Below are positions 59,910-64,000 of a DNA stretch of 64,000 bases, piece by piece. Every line of letters starts with the position of its first letter. Position 1 is the stretch's first letter. The stretch covers positions 4,034,123 to 4,098,122 of the forward strand of contig NW_002060944.1 in the NCBI RefSeq assembly GCF_000150275.1, read 5' to 3'. The notes beneath the pieces were generated by a model. That model was not told the origin of the DNA and searched no databases. It saw nothing but the letters and a program-made list of their open reading frames with translations. Origin of the DNA: Trichoplax adhaerens. Taxonomy: Eukaryota > Animalia > Placozoa. A program made the translations under genes and the position numbers.

Positions 59910-62900
59910 GAATTCATTTATTCTCATTAAAATTTTTACTTGTATTTGTACACTATGCGCGTAAGAGAATACCTAAGCTAAAAGGTACGGTTTGTGATTT
60001 TGATCCATCATAGAATTTAATCAATAATTTTAAAATATATTGACAATATTTAGTAATGCATGTAATAAAATATTTGATCAAGAACATGATTCGATGGTTT
60101 TAATTCAATATAAGTTGTAACGTAGATCAAATATATATAGCATTAAATTACATTAACGAGTTTTTAATCTTAAAACATTGATTAGTACACGTTTACTTAC
60201 AATTTTTCTCTTTTTATAGCAATCAAGACAAATGCGGTTTTCTGTTTAAGTACAATCAATCCTAAAATTTAATGGTAGAGAAAAGAAAGAAGCCTAGATC
60301 TCGAATGGAGCTAAAGCTACATGTTAGCGAATTCTTACTTATTAATATACTAACAACTCACGTAAAAATTATTTTATGGACCCCATCTTAAAAATATCGT
60401 TGTACTAATAATGAACCGATAACCTGGTATGAAAAATATGGAAGCGACCGCGTAAATATTTAATAACTGACGCCAGAAAATTACTTTATGTAATTAAAAA
60501 TTAAGCTATTTATATAATATGTAAGTAAAAGCTCGAAATTTATTTTTTACGCTATCTATCATATATAATGAGCAAAAATAAAATTGAATACAAAATCTTG
60601 CATTAGTTTAGGCGTCATAACTTGCTAGTAGCGTTATTACAGTGTTGGAATCACTTAAAGTATAATCGATACCTTATCATGGATCTCTAGTGATCATTAA
60701 TTTTTGCGATTATATTACCTTAACGAAATTTTTCAATCACCTATGATGGTAATTAAAGCTAAAGGAAAACATAACTTGCCAGATTTAATATCAATTTAAC
60801 TGTAATTATTTCCCAATATTCGAACTATGTATGAACGAGCATATAAATCATAATTATGAACATCTTTAATAAAGAGCCTGAAATAACTTAGTATTGAAGA
60901 ATAATAAATACTATTTAGATTCTTCTAAACATATACTGATTTACCTACTTTGACATTATGTACTCGTATGTGTAAGGAGTTGTAAAACTCAAGTACTACC
61001 GTATGATGTGGAAGAAATCATCGCTGAGCAAGTTACAGATAATTTACTTTAGAATTGATACCATTTCCACATATCCTGCTAAGTGAGAGCTTTTTTATTC
61101 AGTCATTTAGTATCATAATCCAATCTTGTAAGCTGGCGTAAAGGTAATTCTTATTTTAATTTATACACTTAGTCAGCAACCCTGAAAACAAGTCACTTCC
61201 TCAAGTACTGTTAGCAAACAGAAACGACCTTTCTAGTTTTATCATATAATCCACAGAAATTTCTAGTCACTTTTATTTAGAACTAATAGTTCATGCGGAT
61301 AAAATTTTATTTGCAATCATAGAAATCTGAAGTTTTCTTATATCAAGCAATAGACTTTGGATAAACATGGACATTATAAAAGATTTAAATTTTCTTTCCT
61401 ATATTCAATTAGATATTCGAATAATTTACGTACAATCAGATATCTTGCTTTTACTTAACAAAGCAACAAGATGGCATCGTTTTTACAAATAAGCTGCAAA
61501 CGCTTTGCTAGCATTTGTTGTATAAACTTTCAAAACGACATTTCTTACGATAGCCGTTCCAAATATTACAGTTTTTCACGTTTAGTAAGTAATTCAAATG
61601 GTAAATTGTTGATAGCCTTATATTTTTACTTTATCAAGCATTAAAAATTATCATCATTGTTTAGTAGGTTTCTCTAAGAATTATTTATGGCCAATTGTGT
61701 GTATTACATATTTAACTTTATTTGAATCGTCTTCTAAGTAATCCTGCCTATTTCATTAAATTTAGAGCAAGATGAATAATTTTCCTTTTTTGACTAGCAG
61801 TATCAGCGCTACCATAGTAAAGGCAGTTATACAAAGCGGTAGCAGTTGTGTGCAGGTACGATAATAATAAAATTATAACATATTGTAATAAATATCGTCT
61901 CATCCATTTAGCTTTCTCTTATTTAGATTATATATTTTGTGTGTTGATTGCTCATATTTGTTCGTATCTACTTCTGAACTTCTTCTGTGCGCTATATTAG
62001 ACTTACAGCAAAACCAATAATAATTTTTTATTTGGAGAGTATTCAAAAATTTCATTTTTCTTCAACATTAAGTAAGATAGGTAAAGATTTCCTTGAGTAA
62101 CTTCAGCTTATTAGTATAGTTTAAGACATTCGGAACCTATTTTCCGCTAAAATTCTACCTATACTTAAATATTTTCAAACAGAACAGTAACAGTGATCTA
62201 AAGAATATACATAGACTACTGGATTTGTATAGCCTATGATTTATTCTATTGAAATAATACTGTAGACTAAGATATGCTTGACAGCTGGCTATAGTTTTTA
62301 ATTTCTTATAAGTTTTAATTTTCCTTATTGCAAATTTCGTGTAATTTATTATGCGATCTATATGTAGTAACTTAATCATTACATCATGGACGGATAGCAG
62401 CCTACGTTAACAGAATTTTCTATCGATCAACTTTTAAATAGAAGCATGTGCGATAAAGATCTGTATTTTCTTCCTATCTTTTTTTGGATACATACATTTG
62501 ATATCTACTTTTGCCCCTGCGGCATAACTTAGAGCTATTTCATAAACCATCGAATCTTTATTGAAATTAGAACTTTTAAATAAGGAGAAATGCTCACTCA
62601 AATCCAAACAGGATAATACGGATGCAATTCGAAGATGGATAACACAAGTACACAATATCTAACTGTAGATAGTTTTTTGGTTTGTTTATTGCTAATCAAA
62701 GACTATTACCAGCATACAAGGCATAAAATTAAGTTAGCTACTACTTTAATTTTATCTAATAGAATTGATTAGCTATAGAGAGTAAACGAAATATATTAAT
62801 TTATCGGTAGAAAAGCAATTTACAGGGATAAAGAGGGTACAATAAATGCAAGACAGAAAGGGTGATTCAATAATTGTAAACGAAATTAGATGAAGGTATA

Positions 62901-64000
62901 TCATGTAACAAATGCTAAATTTCCGAAAGATTATATTCACTTATTATTTCATATAAGTTAACGGTTGTGTTTTAACAGTAATTTTAATCGTCGTCTCTAA
63001 ATTTTTATCATTTTCATAATTGACGAAATTTCAATTATTGCGTTAAGATCACAGTATTAACCGGCAAAAAGTACAGTAATCTGATACTGACTACAACTAA
63101 GGGTGTCAGAGGTTCTAACAGCAATCATCAAGGAATCCAAAGGTCAATTCTATTCCTTTCAAAATATAAGCCATAATGATCAACTAACATGTAATAGATG
63201 AAGACATAGAAAAACAGTAAGTATCTTGATATTACTAATTAATTATTGTACAAACTCACGTTCTCTTGCCATGACTGGCTCTGCAGGAGTAATTTCAAGA
63301 TCAAATGCTTTCTGCTGGAATAATGATGATTGCATAATAACTCATAGAGATAATTATACTAATTTTAACCAATGCTGTTTACTTGAAAATAGAAATGGTT
63401 ACTATTACCATCTGCTAGTCCTTCCCAACAATAGAAAGCTCAATTCTAAATATTTTCTTTTAATGTATTATACGCAGGAACTCAGGTTGATCGCATTACT
63501 TGCATAATTTGTTGACGGTATAATTATATCAAAATCGTTATAATAACATATGTTCAAGCAGTTTGGCCATAATTCGAGAATGATCTACTGTTGCATTACT
63601 GCTAAACAAATACGGCCTAATATCGTGCAAGATAGACTACGGTCAACAGTTTGTAGAATAGACTGTTTAGAAAAGATGTAATCTATATTTTGTAAATCAT
63701 GGACCATATACAATACGCGTAAAAGGGATTAAAGGACAATTGCAGTCTTTAAGGAACTGTGAAATAAGTATAACGCAACAGCCTGATCAAATTGATTGAC
63801 ATTATATAGTATTATATGCTATTCAATAATTCAGGATTATCGATCCAAGTCAGCAAACTTTGGCTAGAAATACCAATATGAGCCATAAACAACTCATAAT
63901 ATTTCTCCTACAAGCAATCTTACTGTATTTCTGCGCCGACATCCCTGTATTAAGTAATATTCTCCTGTATTTATCATAGCGCACATAACTTTATAATGTA

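Noticed and set aside
62100-63510. Short ORFs and a possible minus-strand exon (MQSSLFQQKAFDLEITPAEPVMARE|GTGAGT, ~63260-63335)
   Set aside because: I could not build a consistent spliced model or recognise a family; needs a homology search.

Overview
Eukaryotic, AT-rich, intron-dense animal DNA. The compact gene spacing, short introns and intronless GPCR array suggest an early-branching metazoan such as a placozoan (inference only). In order: 3' part of a PNPLA6/7 (neuropathy target esterase) gene; a ~117-bp tandem repeat; an intronless MGST2/LTC4S-like MAPEG gene with a perfect antioxidant response element upstream; CDC7; a rearranged 14.6-20.5 kb zone; MORN5; a Surfeit-like cluster RPL7A/MED22/SURF1; URM1; and a tandem array of six intronless class A GPCRs (two intact, four disrupted), with a solo LTR in one, other probable insertions and one assembly gap. 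The most unusual feature is the 14.6-20.5 kb zone. It holds an intronless 401-aa HNH-type nuclease ORF, head-to-head with MORN5 across an RFX X-box, beside decayed copies of itself and four tandem decayed copies of MORN5 exon 1.
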